Positions 10,310 through 20,977 of a DNA stretch of 32,000 bases are shown in pieces. The translations under genes and the position numbers were made by a program. Each line of letters starts with the position of its first letter. The first letter of the stretch is position 1. The notes under the pieces are model-generated. The model saw only the letters and a program-made list of their open reading frames with translations. It had not been told where the DNA came from and searched no databases. The stretch comes from Bathycoccus prasinos (taxonomy: Eukaryota): NCBI GenBank assembly GCA_002220235.1, contig FO082265.1; one strand, given 5' to 3'.

Positions 10310-10971
10310 ATGTCAGGTAAAGGTGCTAAAGGACTTTCAGGAAAAGGACTTTCGGGGAAAGGGGCGAAAGGAACGATGTCCGATAAAAAGGGGGACAAGA
10401 AAAAACCAACTTCCCGGTCTGTAAAAGCTGGCCTACAATTTCCAGTTGGACGTATCCACCGTTTTCTCAAGGTAATTGCCAGTGTTGTAGTTCTAGTTCT
10501 ATTACGTTGCTAGCATCACGAACGATCTTGTCGAGTGATGATTTCAGAAACAAATCGCCTAAAAATTTCGACCGTTGACACAATTTTTAATTCCTGTTTT
10601 TACAGAATCGTGCTGCTTCTGGCGGCCGTGTAGGCGCAACTGCTGCAGTTTACTCAGCTGCCATTTTAGGTGCGCGCATATATGTGTATAAATTGTTTTA
10701 TTTAAATGTTCCGTAGAGTATCTCACGGCAGAAGTTCTCGAACTTGCCGGGAATGCTTCTAAAGATTTGAAGGTACCGAGATAGCACCTCCTGACGTATT
10801 CCACTTATAATTTTTCGAAAGGTCAAACGTATCACCCCACGTCATTTGCAGCTTGCAATTCGTGGAGACGAGGAACTCGATACCCTTATCAAAGCTACAA
10901 TCGCGGGTGGTGGTGTCATCCCACACATTCACAAGTCACTAATCAATAAATCTTCAAAGAAGAGTGATTAG
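10310..10971 (+). CDS. H2AZ: histone variant H2A.Z, 4 exons
   Basis: Exons are 10310-10471, 10606-10669, 10717-10772 and 10822-10971, with GT..AG introns of 134, 47 and 49 nt. Product: [54 protein letters not shown]|[21 protein letters not shown]|[19 protein letters not shown]|[49 protein letters not shown]. It carries the H2A.Z-diagnostic [54 protein letters not shown]. Confidence 0.93.
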
Positions 10972-11297
10972 ATTCTCAAAGCATTACCTTTTTCTCAGTA
11001 CGGAAGTTACATAACCATCACAAAGTGTTCCTTTTACTTTCTTTGCGTGAGCTGAGTTTATTTTATGTACTTAATAAATATACAAATACAAAAGTTTGCT
11101 AGTTCTATTCACCCTCTTCAACTAAGCTTGGTTATTAGTATATTGAATAGCAATAGCACGTTATCACCTCCTCTTCAGGCTCTTCCACTTTTTGCATAAA
11201 CGAGTAAAAGCTCTAAAAAAAGTCTTGTTTGATTCCCACCACTACAATTTATAGAATGGCTATACATATTTTATCTCTGCAAACTTCTTCAAATCAC

Positions 11298-14200
11298 TTA
11301 TTTCCTCCATTTTCTTCGAAACTTTAGCTTGGACTGCACGGAGGTATATACTTCGTTAAAATATCTGTCCTCAACAAGACTTCGTAAAAGCTGAAGTACT
11401 TCAAGTGCAAGTTCTCTATGTTCGATTGAAATTCCGTTAACTTTAGGATCGATGCATATATAGCACGGGAATATGAGCTCATAAAGGATGCTGGGATGAG
11501 AAAACAACATTTCAACATCAATTCCAGCGATAATTCCAGCGAGACAACGTATGCTCACTTCACGAATGCAGTTACTTGCCACAATACAGTATCTGCCAAC
11601 TCTTTGTAGAAATGTGATTCCTTTGTTTGCTCTCATTTCTGTACTCTTCTCGGTCAAGCTAGCATTCTTAGAAAGAAATAGCAATGTAATCGACGCGATA
11701 TTCTTTGCATTCTGTCTTAAAACTTCCAGCTCTATTGATATGTCACTGCTCTTGAAGTTATTCTCGAATAGTAGCATCGAATTATTTACAGCAAGTTCTA
11801 AGTAAACATCATCATGCTGAAAAGAAAGATTTTCCGAATTCAATGAATAATCATCTCCACGCATTTTTAAGTATTGACCCAATATTCGCGTCGATGATGA
11901 CTGAAGCCATTCATGCTCATGTTTTAAAAGTTGAACTATTAAGAAAATTGTCTTTTCTATTTTTATCTCTCGGTATTTAAAAAACTGAGGTGTTACTACC
12001 CATAATCTTTCGATAAATAATAAAAGATTGTATTGGAGCAACCATTTCTCATCTTTATTGAAATTTTGAATTTCTAATACAGAAAGAATTTGCGGCCAAA
12101 TGCTTCTGATCGTACTTATTACCTTCTCTGGACAAATTTCTAATGCTACATTCATTACCTGGACTGAAAGTCGCTTCAACGTCATACTTTGCTCTTCTGT
12201 GAACCATTTCTGTAACCAAGTTAAAAAGATGTTAGCCTTTTCTTCACTAATACACGACAGAAGAGCAGCAATAGTTTCCCCTGCACCCCGTCGACATATA
12301 CTGGAGGCATCAGTACCCAGTTGAACAATTAGAGGAACAAACATAACTTCTGCTGTATCTCTCAAGACACTTTTTGGAAATTTCAAAATCACGGCGTGCA
12401 GTGTATTGAGTACGGATGCTCTCCCGACAGGACACTCATACTTCAGATTTGCAATAAGCTGTTCTAAATAGTCCTGTAACCTTCTAGCTCCAAGTGGATA
12501 ATCAAGTAAAAACTGGAGAAAAGTTTGAGCACACATTTTCCTTGAATGCTCGGAGGTTCCAGTTGCGACTAAACAGCAGATCCCATCCATTCCTGTATAT
12601 ATTTCTGACAGAAGTGGTCGACGTGACAAAATAGCACGCAATACAGAATGGCATACTGAAGTACTACTCTCGACTTCTATGTTATCAAAAGCGTAACCAA
12701 GAACCACACGGTACTGAGCATTTGACGGAGATACATTGGCATATCTTGACATTAGATTTGAGAGAAGTCGAAGGCAATCTTGAGCAAGTTGTGGATCACT
12801 ACCTGATGCATTCAATAGAGCAAGGATCCGCCTAATTAATGAATCTGGATTGTGCTCAAACTTACTCAATCTCATATTCGTCAAGTCAGAAAGAATTTGT
12901 AAACATAGAAGAGGAATTTCATGATTCGCACAGTTCATCAAACGAAATAGTACAGGAACTATATCCTCTAATATATTAAAGTACTCCTTCCTTTCACCAT
13001 CCGGAATGTTTTTTGTTGAGAAGTGCTTCAGTACACCTTTGATCAACCTCAAAGCAAACAAAACAATAACAGGATTATTATTTATAACAGTAGTATTGAT
13101 TTCTTGCGTTGTAGATATATTTTCATCCGCAACAATATTATCAAAGGAAAGAAATTCAGCAGAAGAATCAATTGACAAAATGGATCTGGCCACTACAAGA
13201 ATTTCTTTCCCTTCAAGATTTTTTCTGACTAAAATACCTTTATGAATAGAAAACAGAATCTGTTCAATCTTACGATTACTTTGAATATTTCCAAAGTCAT
13301 GGAGACGTCTGGTGACCAATGAGAGCAATATTGGCATTGAAGCAGGGAAAGACGCTCTTACAGAAAGCAGCTCAATGGATTCAAGCGACCGTGAGTGACG
13401 AGCTTCTGGAATCTTTGCAGTAATTTTTGCGATCTCTCGTGCTTCAGAAACTTCACCAAAAATATCTGCATCTAGTATTGGTAACACTTCTGGGAGAAAA
13501 GCATCGACTTCTACATTTTGTGCCTCTAAAGTAGTTACTTTTAGAATATCATAAGTTATTGACCCGAGGACATGTAGTTGGAAACCATTTAGAAGTTGAG
13601 CACGCAGGATTCTGATAACGTACGGCACATAAGGAGCTCCAAAAACTCTAGCGACATTTGATAACGACACTCTTGCCGCATCCCTTATGCCTTGGGATCG
13701 ATCAACTAAACTTACGCACAACAGCAATATAAGTCTTTGAAGGTGTATCTTCAATTCATGCTCTGGAAGAAAGCTGAGGATATGTGCACATGAAAGAACC
13801 AGCGCAGGAGATACTTCTTTTTTAATCGATCCGATCTCATTCTCACGATCCGGCAAAAACTTTATTAATTTTGGATAAAATTCTTTAAAAAGATCTCGAA
13901 ATTTTTCTTGATCTTCGAGGTTCGAAAAGCGATCCAAATTTTCAAGAACAGAAGCAAATGCACGTAAATATGCACTATTTTGAAGGTAGCCACTGTAAAA
14001 TTTACGAAATAGTTTGCGCAGAATATCTTTAAACGCAGGCCATGGTAGTTTCGATGAAATCTGACGAACTACAGATACAGCTGTTGCTGCAACATTTGAT
14101 ACAGGATCTGCCAGACACATTAAGACAATAGGTATATAATAGTCCAAAACAGTTGATAAACGGCACTCTGACGATGTAGAAGCACTCTCTAGCTGAGTTA

Positions 14201-17200
14201 GAGCACGAGTGCGTCGATGCGACTGTAGATGTGTAATATTTATGAAAAAGTCCGTCTCAGAATCACTTTTGGACAATACGCTCAAACCGGGAGCGCAATG
14301 AGGCTGTGTCTTTGCAAGATGACCAACGAGATGAATAGCAACTGATCTTTTACTTTTCTCGGAGCTATTCATTGACCTCTTGATTCCTGGTAATACTATT
14401 TCAGAATATACTAAGGTAAATGTATCTTTACACGAAGGGATCGAAAGAGCATCGATGAAATTTTGAACTGTTGACTGCGCAGCATGACAAATAGCGAAGT
14501 CAGACGAATCTAAGTCATGCAAAGCTTGAAAAAGAATTGCTTTCATATTTTGTTGAGAATTTGCACAAAACCAGTTCGTCGTCAATTTTTCATAAGCTTT
14601 AAGCCTCATTTCAAAATTAACCTCCTCTAAACTATTTTCCACAGTCGAATTCAGTTTCCGAAGAATCTTTGTCGACACCCAAAGAGAATCAAAATTCTTT
14701 GCTATTGCAGAAAGCGCATCAATTATTTCCGATCGCACACTGATACTTCGTACTTTGCTTAGAAATGGAATTATCAATGCCCAGAATTTATCGATATCTT
14801 TGGGATTTACAATTGCTGAAGAGTCCAAAAAAGCTGTAGAAAATCCCAAGAGTAATTTTGATAGCATACCTTCGTCTAGTCTCGGAAATGTAGCGAGTCT
14901 ATCTAAAGATACAATAGTTGCATGAACTGCATTTTTACCTCCCAAGGTAAGACTCAAACGACTTACCAATGTGAAGGTATGTTCTAACTTCAAATTGAAT
15001 CGGCTTCGCACCCATTTACCCGCACGATTTGGATTTTGAATAGGATGTAAAACAAGTATTTGAAGCGATTCAAACAGTTCTTTTGAATGTTTCATCAGGA
15101 TCTGTTTAGCCATCTTTTTGTTTCCAACATTGTCAATTTCTGTATGACACGTAAGACTCTCAGCAATATCTAAACATAAGACACGACTTTGTTCAGAAGC
15201 GACTTCGGATTTTAAAGTCTCCCAAACAAACTTGAGGCTTGATGTGGATTCCTCAACACTCAGAAAGGTTAACAAGAGATGATGACTAGAAGCTAAAGAT
15301 CTCACGAGCTGTAAAATAACCGGTGGTATTGATGCACTACACTCATTTGAAAGACGAAGCAGTAGCGGTTTCATGATGTAAACCAAATCATTGAAGTATA
15401 CACGAAATTCAAATTGAGGATGCCTAATAAGTAAATCTGCCAGCACTCGTAAAGAATAGGTGCGAACATTTCTTGCATGTTTCCTTTCATCTCTATGTAA
15501 TGTAGCATCTAAGATGCAATTTTTATTTTGATCCACTCTATCTGTATTATATGAAGTACAAGGTGATGCTGTTTTATTGACTTTTATAAACCTCTCATGT
15601 TCACAAATACCCGCCACAGTACAGATAAGCCTCATAGATATTGGCACAATAACTTGTATATATTCGAGTACATGCTCACCCAAGTAATACAACAAATCCT
15701 CCAAATTTCTAAAAAATATATTAATGGATTTCATTGACAACATTGAGAAGTCAAGGCACGTTTCAAGACAACTTTCTTCCCTGAAATCATTTTCAATTGC
15801 CAGATGAATCATATCATCTAAAACTAACTGATTATGAATTACAATTGAGAAAAACGTACGCATCAATGGAAGAACCTCTCTGGAATCTAGTTCTGCCATC
15901 CATGAGTATGAAGCCTTACGGATGGAAATATTTCTACTTGAACCTTTGCGCAAGCGTGGAAGCAAAATTTGAAGAACAAGAGGCACAATCTTCGATCGAT
16001 GTTGTTTTTCTATCACAGTAATACCAAGCTTTTGCTCTGACACATGTCCTGGAAAACATAAGCTTGTGAGAGCTTGCTTAGTCGTTTTCGGAGTAGCAAT
16101 TGCTTGTAGATGAACAATAATATCGCGTGTAAGATATGGGAAATCCCAATGTCCTAAACAACGGATTGCCAAACATGCTAACTGTGGATCATTTGATTGA
16201 AGCATCTCCAGCAGCTTACAATAAATCTCACTACACTCTTGAAATCCAAGAAAGCTATAACCTCCTCTAAGTGAATTATCAAAAGAATGAAGCCATTTTT
16301 GCATACCAGTCTTCCAAGCAAAACAATTAGTATTGATTTCCCACTTTGTGTATTTTAAGAACTCGGCTGAAATTCGATGATAAAAAACACTATCCGAGAA
16401 CGAAAATTTGGAAAGAGTATCTAAGAGTAAATTAAGCCGAATCCACGGATTTAATCCATACTCTACCTGATTAATTTGAAGTGCTATAAATTCTTGCACT
16501 TCGATTTCATCTATTTGAACATCTAAGTTCGGAATTTTCGATTCGTTTTTATTTACTAGCTCCAAATTGCACTCCAGCTGTGTTTCTTCGAGATGAAAAA
16601 TAAAGACTTCGCGAGCCTCTGCGTACATATTAAGAAGCATTCCCAGGGTCGATATTATGGATGGCCACAATGTAGAAAGCTTAATATTTAAAGCACCAAT
16701 ACATACACTCATTATTAGTTTTATAGATTGATGTGGAATAGTAGTGGAACTCAGAGATCGAGAGACAGCCTGAAGCATAACTTCATATTGCCTCAAGTTG
16801 GAGAGGAGCTTGGTACTTTTTCCTGGGTCTTGTGCATTCAAAATGCAAAATTTTGAAAGTATATCCTTCACTACCATCCATGATTTTTCTTTCTCATCCA
16901 CCATTAAAACACTCAAATATTTGAGGTTAGCATATCGCACGTGGCGATTAGATGAAGTAAGTCCTCCAAAATTTTCTGGAATTGCTGCTTTCAAAAAGAT
17001 CATACTAGTATTCAGCATATGCTTGGATTCAAGAAGCTCTGTAGCACATAGTAACGGTCCTGAATAAAGCCGTGAAATTTTAATTACCCTGAAAAACAAA
17101 CGAGGATAGATGGTTTCAGCATACTGAGAAGTAACATTTGAAAGTTTATTTAGAGTCACAAGAGCTTGAAGTCCCGCTACTAGAATTGCAAAAGTAGGTT

Positions 17201-18833
17201 TGATTGCTTCATCTTCAGTAATCTTCTTTTCTTCTTGTAAAGTTTCTAACTTTGTGAGAGCGTAATCTAGTATGCTTTCAACAATGGAGTGGCATGCTTC
17301 AAACTCCACACAAAACGGTGCAACTCGTACAGCGCCCCATAGAACACTCAGAGGATAAACACAAGATTGGTGCGTTTGTAATATGTTGATAATTTTCACA
17401 TGATTAATTTCATTTTCGACCAAAAAATCTCTGTCGACACAATTGCACTCCAATAATATTCGGCACGATTCAGAAGTAATTGCAATACCAACGTCTGATA
17501 CTTCTTCTAAAAATTTGACCAAACAAACGGAGGTAAAAATTTTAAGCATATTCATTGCTGCAAGATTTTGGAGTCTTGCTCTCTGATTTAGACCTTTTAG
17601 ATACTTTACAATTGAGTGGGAAGAGGCGATCGAAATCAACCTCACCCATTGAATCGCCCTTTCTGCCATTTTAAATGGTCCAGCACTTGATCCATACACA
17701 ATATTGTGTGCATCACATATATTGAAAATGAGTTCGAATAGAGTTTGCTGTATCGAGTCATCTTGATTCATAACCTTTGAGATACAATAGAATTCGAGAG
17801 TAAGTTCAAAAACTTCAAAGATAGGCATAAAGTTTTCGACAGCAGATCCATTGTTGTGTTTCACCATCATCGAAACCAATTTCATGTGATAATTTATTTT
17901 ATTTGCGTTACTTTTTTCACTCTGAAGGTTCGTTCGAATAGCAGAAAGTAAGGTGTCCCATAATATTCCAAGTCTTCCCCTCCGTCCAAAGCTGCAAACT
18001 TTTCGCAACATTTCATTTGCTACTTCGAATAAATGGGATTCAGCGAAGAGTTCTGTATCAGGATCAAATATCACAGTAAAAATTTTGGTGGAGGTGGAAT
18101 GTAGACCATGAGCTGCGCCACGAACTGTCTCAGCAAGAAGTGCACCGGCGCTTTCGCATTTCACGCTACTCGCAGTGTTGAAATTAGATATTTCTAATTT
18201 ATCTTTTCCAGTATCACCTTCAATTTCTCGTAGAATCTTTAAAATTCCAATCGAAATTTGGACTTGTGTGGCTCTCCTCAAGATCAAAGCAAGTCCTTGA
18301 ACGGTGAAAGAACGGATATTTGCTGATTTGTGCATCCTTAAATTCTTCGTAATTCGCAATGTTCCTGAAATATCACGAGATAAATCCTCATGAAGTAACT
18401 TGCACAGGCGTGCAAAGCAAGTAAATAGTTGTTTAAGAATCTCAGGTTCATGCTCGACGCCTTCCTTTATTAAACTCTCAAATTTAATCATAGCTTCAGG
18501 AAAATATTTCAAAAATTCTCTACCAACATCCCGTGATATTGCTTCTAATAAGTCAAAAAGAGCCTCAAATGAGTTCTTGGATTGAATACAAAAACGCCTT
18601 AACAAGGATTGGACGAGAACATCTTGATGGAGCAATATTTGTGGAAGTGTCTCTGAAATTTCCCGAACTTCTGAAACATAGTCGATAAAATCTTTCCGAA
18701 AATTCAGCTCAGACCATTTCAGTAAAGCATCCTTGAAGAAGGAACAAGTCTTACACTTAGATTTCTTGACTTGATTCAACCTGTTAAGAGTGACTCTCAC
18801 TTCCGAGATTTGTTCTGAAAAGTTTTGGGTCAT
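11298..18833 (-). CDS. UTP20: SSU-processome component UTP20 (DRIM-like HEAT/ARM-repeat protein), single 7.5-kb exon
   Basis: Uninterrupted 2511-aa ORF starting ATG at 18833-18831. The N-terminus (W.ELNF..F..YVSEVREISETLPQILLHQD..LFDLLEAISRDVGREFLKYFPEA) is colinear with the yeast Utp20 N-terminus (QTLPQIL.H, LLDLL...DLG..FLK.Y.EA). Size, helical-repeat character and a basic C-terminus (KFRRKWRK) also fit. Confidence 0.8.
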   Translation of the reverse strand: MTQNFSEQISEVRVTLNRLNQVKKSKCKTCSFFKDALLKWSELNFRKDFIDYVSEVREISETLPQILLHQDVLVQSLLRRFCIQSKNSFEALFDLLEAISRDVGREFLKYFPEAMIKFESLIKEGVEHEPEILKQLFTCFARLCKLLHEDLSRDISGTLRITKNLRMHKSANIRSFTVQGLALILRRATQVQISIGILKILREIEGDTGKDKLEISNFNTASSVKCESAGALLAETVRGAAHGLHSTSTKIFTVIFDPDTELFAESHLFEVANEMLRKVCSFGRRGRLGILWDTLLSAIRTNLQSEKSNANKINYHMKLVSMMVKHNNGSAVENFMPIFEVFELTLEFYCISKVMNQDDSIQQTLFELIFNICDAHNIVYGSSAGPFKMAERAIQWVRLISIASSHSIVKYLKGLNQRARLQNLAAMNMLKIFTSVCLVKFLEEVSDVGIAITSESCRILLECNCVDRDFLVENEINHVKIINILQTHQSCVYPLSVLWGAVRVAPFCVEFEACHSIVESILDYALTKLETLQEEKKITEDEAIKPTFAILVAGLQALVTLNKLSNVTSQYAETIYPRLFFRVIKISRLYSGPLLCATELLESKHMLNTSMIFLKAAIPENFGGLTSSNRHVRYANLKYLSVLMVDEKEKSWMVVKDILSKFCILNAQDPGKSTKLLSNLRQYEVMLQAVSRSLSSTTIPHQSIKLIMSVCIGALNIKLSTLWPSIISTLGMLLNMYAEAREVFIFHLEETQLECNLELVNKNESKIPNLDVQIDEIEVQEFIALQINQVEYGLNPWIRLNLLLDTLSKFSFSDSVFYHRISAEFLKYTKWEINTNCFAWKTGMQKWLHSFDNSLRGGYSFLGFQECSEIYCKLLEMLQSNDPQLACLAIRCLGHWDFPYLTRDIIVHLQAIATPKTTKQALTSLCFPGHVSEQKLGITVIEKQHRSKIVPLVLQILLPRLRKGSSRNISIRKASYSWMAELDSREVLPLMRTFFSIVIHNQLVLDDMIHLAIENDFREESCLETCLDFSMLSMKSINIFFRNLEDLLYYLGEHVLEYIQVIVPISMRLICTVAGICEHERFIKVNKTASPCTSYNTDRVDQNKNCILDATLHRDERKHARNVRTYSLRVLADLLIRHPQFEFRVYFNDLVYIMKPLLLRLSNECSASIPPVILQLVRSLASSHHLLLTFLSVEESTSSLKFVWETLKSEVASEQSRVLCLDIAESLTCHTEIDNVGNKKMAKQILMKHSKELFESLQILVLHPIQNPNRAGKWVRSRFNLKLEHTFTLVSRLSLTLGGKNAVHATIVSLDRLATFPRLDEGMLSKLLLGFSTAFLDSSAIVNPKDIDKFWALIIPFLSKVRSISVRSEIIDALSAIAKNFDSLWVSTKILRKLNSTVENSLEEVNFEMRLKAYEKLTTNWFCANSQQNMKAILFQALHDLDSSDFAICHAAQSTVQNFIDALSIPSCKDTFTLVYSEIVLPGIKRSMNSSEKSKRSVAIHLVGHLAKTQPHCAPGLSVLSKSDSETDFFINITHLQSHRRTRALTQLESASTSSECRLSTVLDYYIPIVLMCLADPVSNVAATAVSVVRQISSKLPWPAFKDILRKLFRKFYSGYLQNSAYLRAFASVLENLDRFSNLEDQEKFRDLFKEFYPKLIKFLPDRENEIGSIKKEVSPALVLSCAHILSFLPEHELKIHLQRLILLLCVSLVDRSQGIRDAARVSLSNVARVFGAPYVPYVIRILRAQLLNGFQLHVLGSITYDILKVTTLEAQNVEVDAFLPEVLPILDADIFGEVSEAREIAKITAKIPEARHSRSLESIELLSVRASFPASMPILLSLVTRRLHDFGNIQSNRKIEQILFSIHKGILVRKNLEGKEILVVARSILSIDSSAEFLSFDNIVADENISTTQEINTTVINNNPVIVLFALRLIKGVLKHFSTKNIPDGERKEYFNILEDIVPVLFRLMNCANHEIPLLCLQILSDLTNMRLSKFEHNPDSLIRRILALLNASGSDPQLAQDCLRLLSNLMSRYANVSPSNAQYRVVLGYAFDNIEVESSTSVCHSVLRAILSRRPLLSEIYTGMDGICCLVATGTSEHSRKMCAQTFLQFLLDYPLGARRLQDYLEQLIANLKYECPVGRASVLNTLHAVILKFPKSVLRDTAEVMFVPLIVQLGTDASSICRRGAGETIAALLSCISEEKANIFLTWLQKWFTEEQSMTLKRLSVQVMNVALEICPEKVISTIRSIWPQILSVLEIQNFNKDEKWLLQYNLLLFIERLWVVTPQFFKYREIKIEKTIFLIVQLLKHEHEWLQSSSTRILGQYLKMRGDDYSLNSENLSFQHDDVYLELAVNNSMLLFENNFKSSDISIELEVLRQNAKNIASITLLFLSKNASLTEKSTEMRANKGITFLQRVGRYCIVASNCIREVSIRCLAGIIAGIDVEMLFSHPSILYELIFPCYICIDPKVNGISIEHRELALEVLQLLRSLVEDRYFNEVYTSVQSKLKFRRKWRK

Positions 18834-19339
18834 GGTTATTTCTTTGAAGATGAAAAGATTTTCAAGAACTTTGGACCAATATGGAACGACAGTAGGCTTC
18901 GAAGAAGAATTCTGAACAGATTGGTATATTGTAACTGTTCTTTAGATTTATCTTTACAATGTGCGTGTAACTGGCCGAAGGCATGCGTACAGACTCTCAT
19001 GGCCTAAGATTCGTGAGTTTTTTTGGAGCCGCAATTCTGTCTTTCTGTGTGCCTGCTTCGGATTTTCGGTTCAGGGGGATTTGTTGTCTTTAGGGTGTCA
19101 ATTTTTTTATAATTTCTTTCCCAGGAAACCTTCCAAATTCCATAACTGGACAGTCCGAGAAAGTTGAAGACTGGTTAACGTGAACTTAAACGAACGCTTT
19201 GCTATCAACAATTTTGTCTGTGATTGATAATAAATTTCGTAGTATCCGAGATTCCACACTGATAGATTTTTAGATACGAGCTATTCATTCAGAAAAATAT
19301 CTCCAATTTTCAATTTCCCCGCCTTGATTTCAAAAGAAG

Positions 19340-20122
19340 ATGAACATTTTTCGTTTTGGTATGTTTCTGCTACTTTACCTTTTCAGGCAACAAACTTTGC
19401 TGAGCCTTTAAACTAACACTCTTTCTCACTACTTTCAGCCGGAGATATGACGCACTTACTAAGTATAATAGTGAGTATTTTTATGACCATACTTTGAGAA
19501 GAGTTTTCTAATGAACGCTGCACAGGTCCTCCTTCTTAAAATCCATGCAACAAAGAATTGTTCTGGAGTTTCTCTCAAAACACAAGAACTCTATGCGATC
19601 GTGTTTGTTACTAGATATCTCGATCTATTGTTTTCTTTCATTAGTTTGTATAACACGATAATGAAGTTGATTTTTATAGGTTCTAGCGCGTGCATCATTT
19701 GGTATATCCGTTTTCACAGGGTTGTCAGCCAAACTTATGATAGGGAGCAAGATACGTTCCGAGTAATATTTCTGATACTGCCTTGCCTCCTACTTGGAAT
19801 ATTCATAAATCATGAGTTCACAATAACCGAAATTTTATGGACTTTCTCCATCTACCTTGAAGCTGTCGCTATTCTACCGCAACTTGTTTTATTGCAACGT
19901 ACAAAAAATGTTGATACGCTTACGGGAAATTATGTATTCTTACTCGGAGGGTATAGGGCGCTTTACCTATTAAACTGGATTTATCGCTTTCTCACAGAGC
20001 CGGGTTATCGGCAATGGATTGTTTGGATCAGTGGGACTATACAAACCGCAATATATTGCGATTTCTTTTACTACTATTTCCAGTCTTGGAGGCGAAATGA
20101 AAAATTGTCTTTACCCAGTTAG
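19340..20122 (+). CDS. ERD2: ER lumen protein-retaining receptor (KDEL receptor), 3 exons
   Basis: Exons are 19340-19358, 19439-19470 and 19526-20122, with introns of 80 and 55 nt. Product: MNIFRFAGDMTHLLSIIVLLLKIHATKNCSGVSLKTQELYAIVFVTRYLDL..ILWTFSIYLEAVAILPQL..YRALYLLNWIYR..CDFFYYY. It is colinear with human KDELR1 (MNLFRFLGDLSHLLAIILLLLKI..). Confidence 0.9.
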
Positions 20123-20259
20123 TTCTAAATTCAATCTTCCGCTGGAAAGTTGTTGAATCACGAAGATTGATACTTTATCAAGCGGTTATTATTAATATTA
20201 ATTATTAATATAAAACTAAATTTATTTTATACTTCATAATTTGGGAAGCTACAATATCT

Positions 20260-20957
20260 TTAATTACATCGCGCAATAATATCCACACTCCTAGAACCAT
20301 TGCTTTCAACTGCTTCACTGACTTTACCTTCAACAAATAAGTTTATCTGACATGTGTTAACAAATTACAAAACTTTCATGTAGATGAAAAATTGCTCTCA
20401 CCGTTTCTGTAAACTTGTTCAAGTTCCTTACTGCGAAGAAAAATCGTGACCATTGAGGACAGTCAAAATTAGCGAGAGATACGTGGAGTAATCCACCCTG
20501 GATATTTAATTTTTGATACGGATAATTCAACAGTTAATTAGATATTACCCTCATGCTTTTCTGCCATGAAATCAAACCTTCTTCACTTTTATATTGCTCA
20601 CTTTCACTTTGTGAAACTAGAAAGTACGTAAAAAATTTTCAAAATATTAATTCTTGAATCAGACCAGACATCATCAAATCAGACTTGCCCGAAACAGTTG
20701 TACTTGCTTCCTTCATGGCATTCAAATAAGTATCAGAGTGCATTTCCTTTTCTGCAAACCTTATACCTTAAATTTTGTAAGAAGTGCTTCCAGTGTGGGA
20801 ATAACTTTAATCAAAACAGAAGACCCTGTGAGGCAAAATTTGGCAAATTCCAAGGGAGAAACTAAAGAATACCTGGAGGAATATCTACGAAGAAAAGATA
20901 TACATTCTTTTTTCTATCAGCAGGTAAAAGCTGAAATGAACCAAAATCACTCTGCAT
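20260..20957 (-). CDS. unassigned small multi-exon ORF, either a separate gene or the 3' exons of the upstream CPW-WPC gene
   Basis: Hand-spliced frame: MQSDFGSFQLLPADRKKNVYLFFVDIPP|GSSVLIKVIPTLEALLTKFK|EASTTVSGKSDLMMS|VSQSESEQYKSEEGLISWQKSMR|GGLLHVSLANFDCPQWSRFFFAVRNLNKFTET|INLFVEGKVSEAVESNGSRSVDIIARCN*. TAA at 20262-20260. I recognise no family. Two of the splice sites are weak. The ATG at 20957 lies only 20 nt downstream of the TGA of the preceding same-strand gene. Confidence 0.35.
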
Positions 20958-20977
20958 TAATTGATTGTAGCAGAAAT

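Noticed and set aside
11324-18585. Numerous 60-90-aa ORFs, mostly on the plus strand, inside the UTP20 locus.
   Set aside because: They are mostly antisense shadow ORFs of a 2511-aa uninterrupted coding frame; the one at 11324-11521 is an alternative frame on the coding strand. None has motifs or independent signals.
20170-20230. An AT-only palindromic stretch (ATTAATATTAAT and flanks) between the ERD2 and small-ORF stop codons.
   Set aside because: It is low-complexity A/T sequence in a convergent 3' spacer. Palindromes made only of A/T are common by chance there. It is plausibly just poly(A)-signal-rich terminator DNA.
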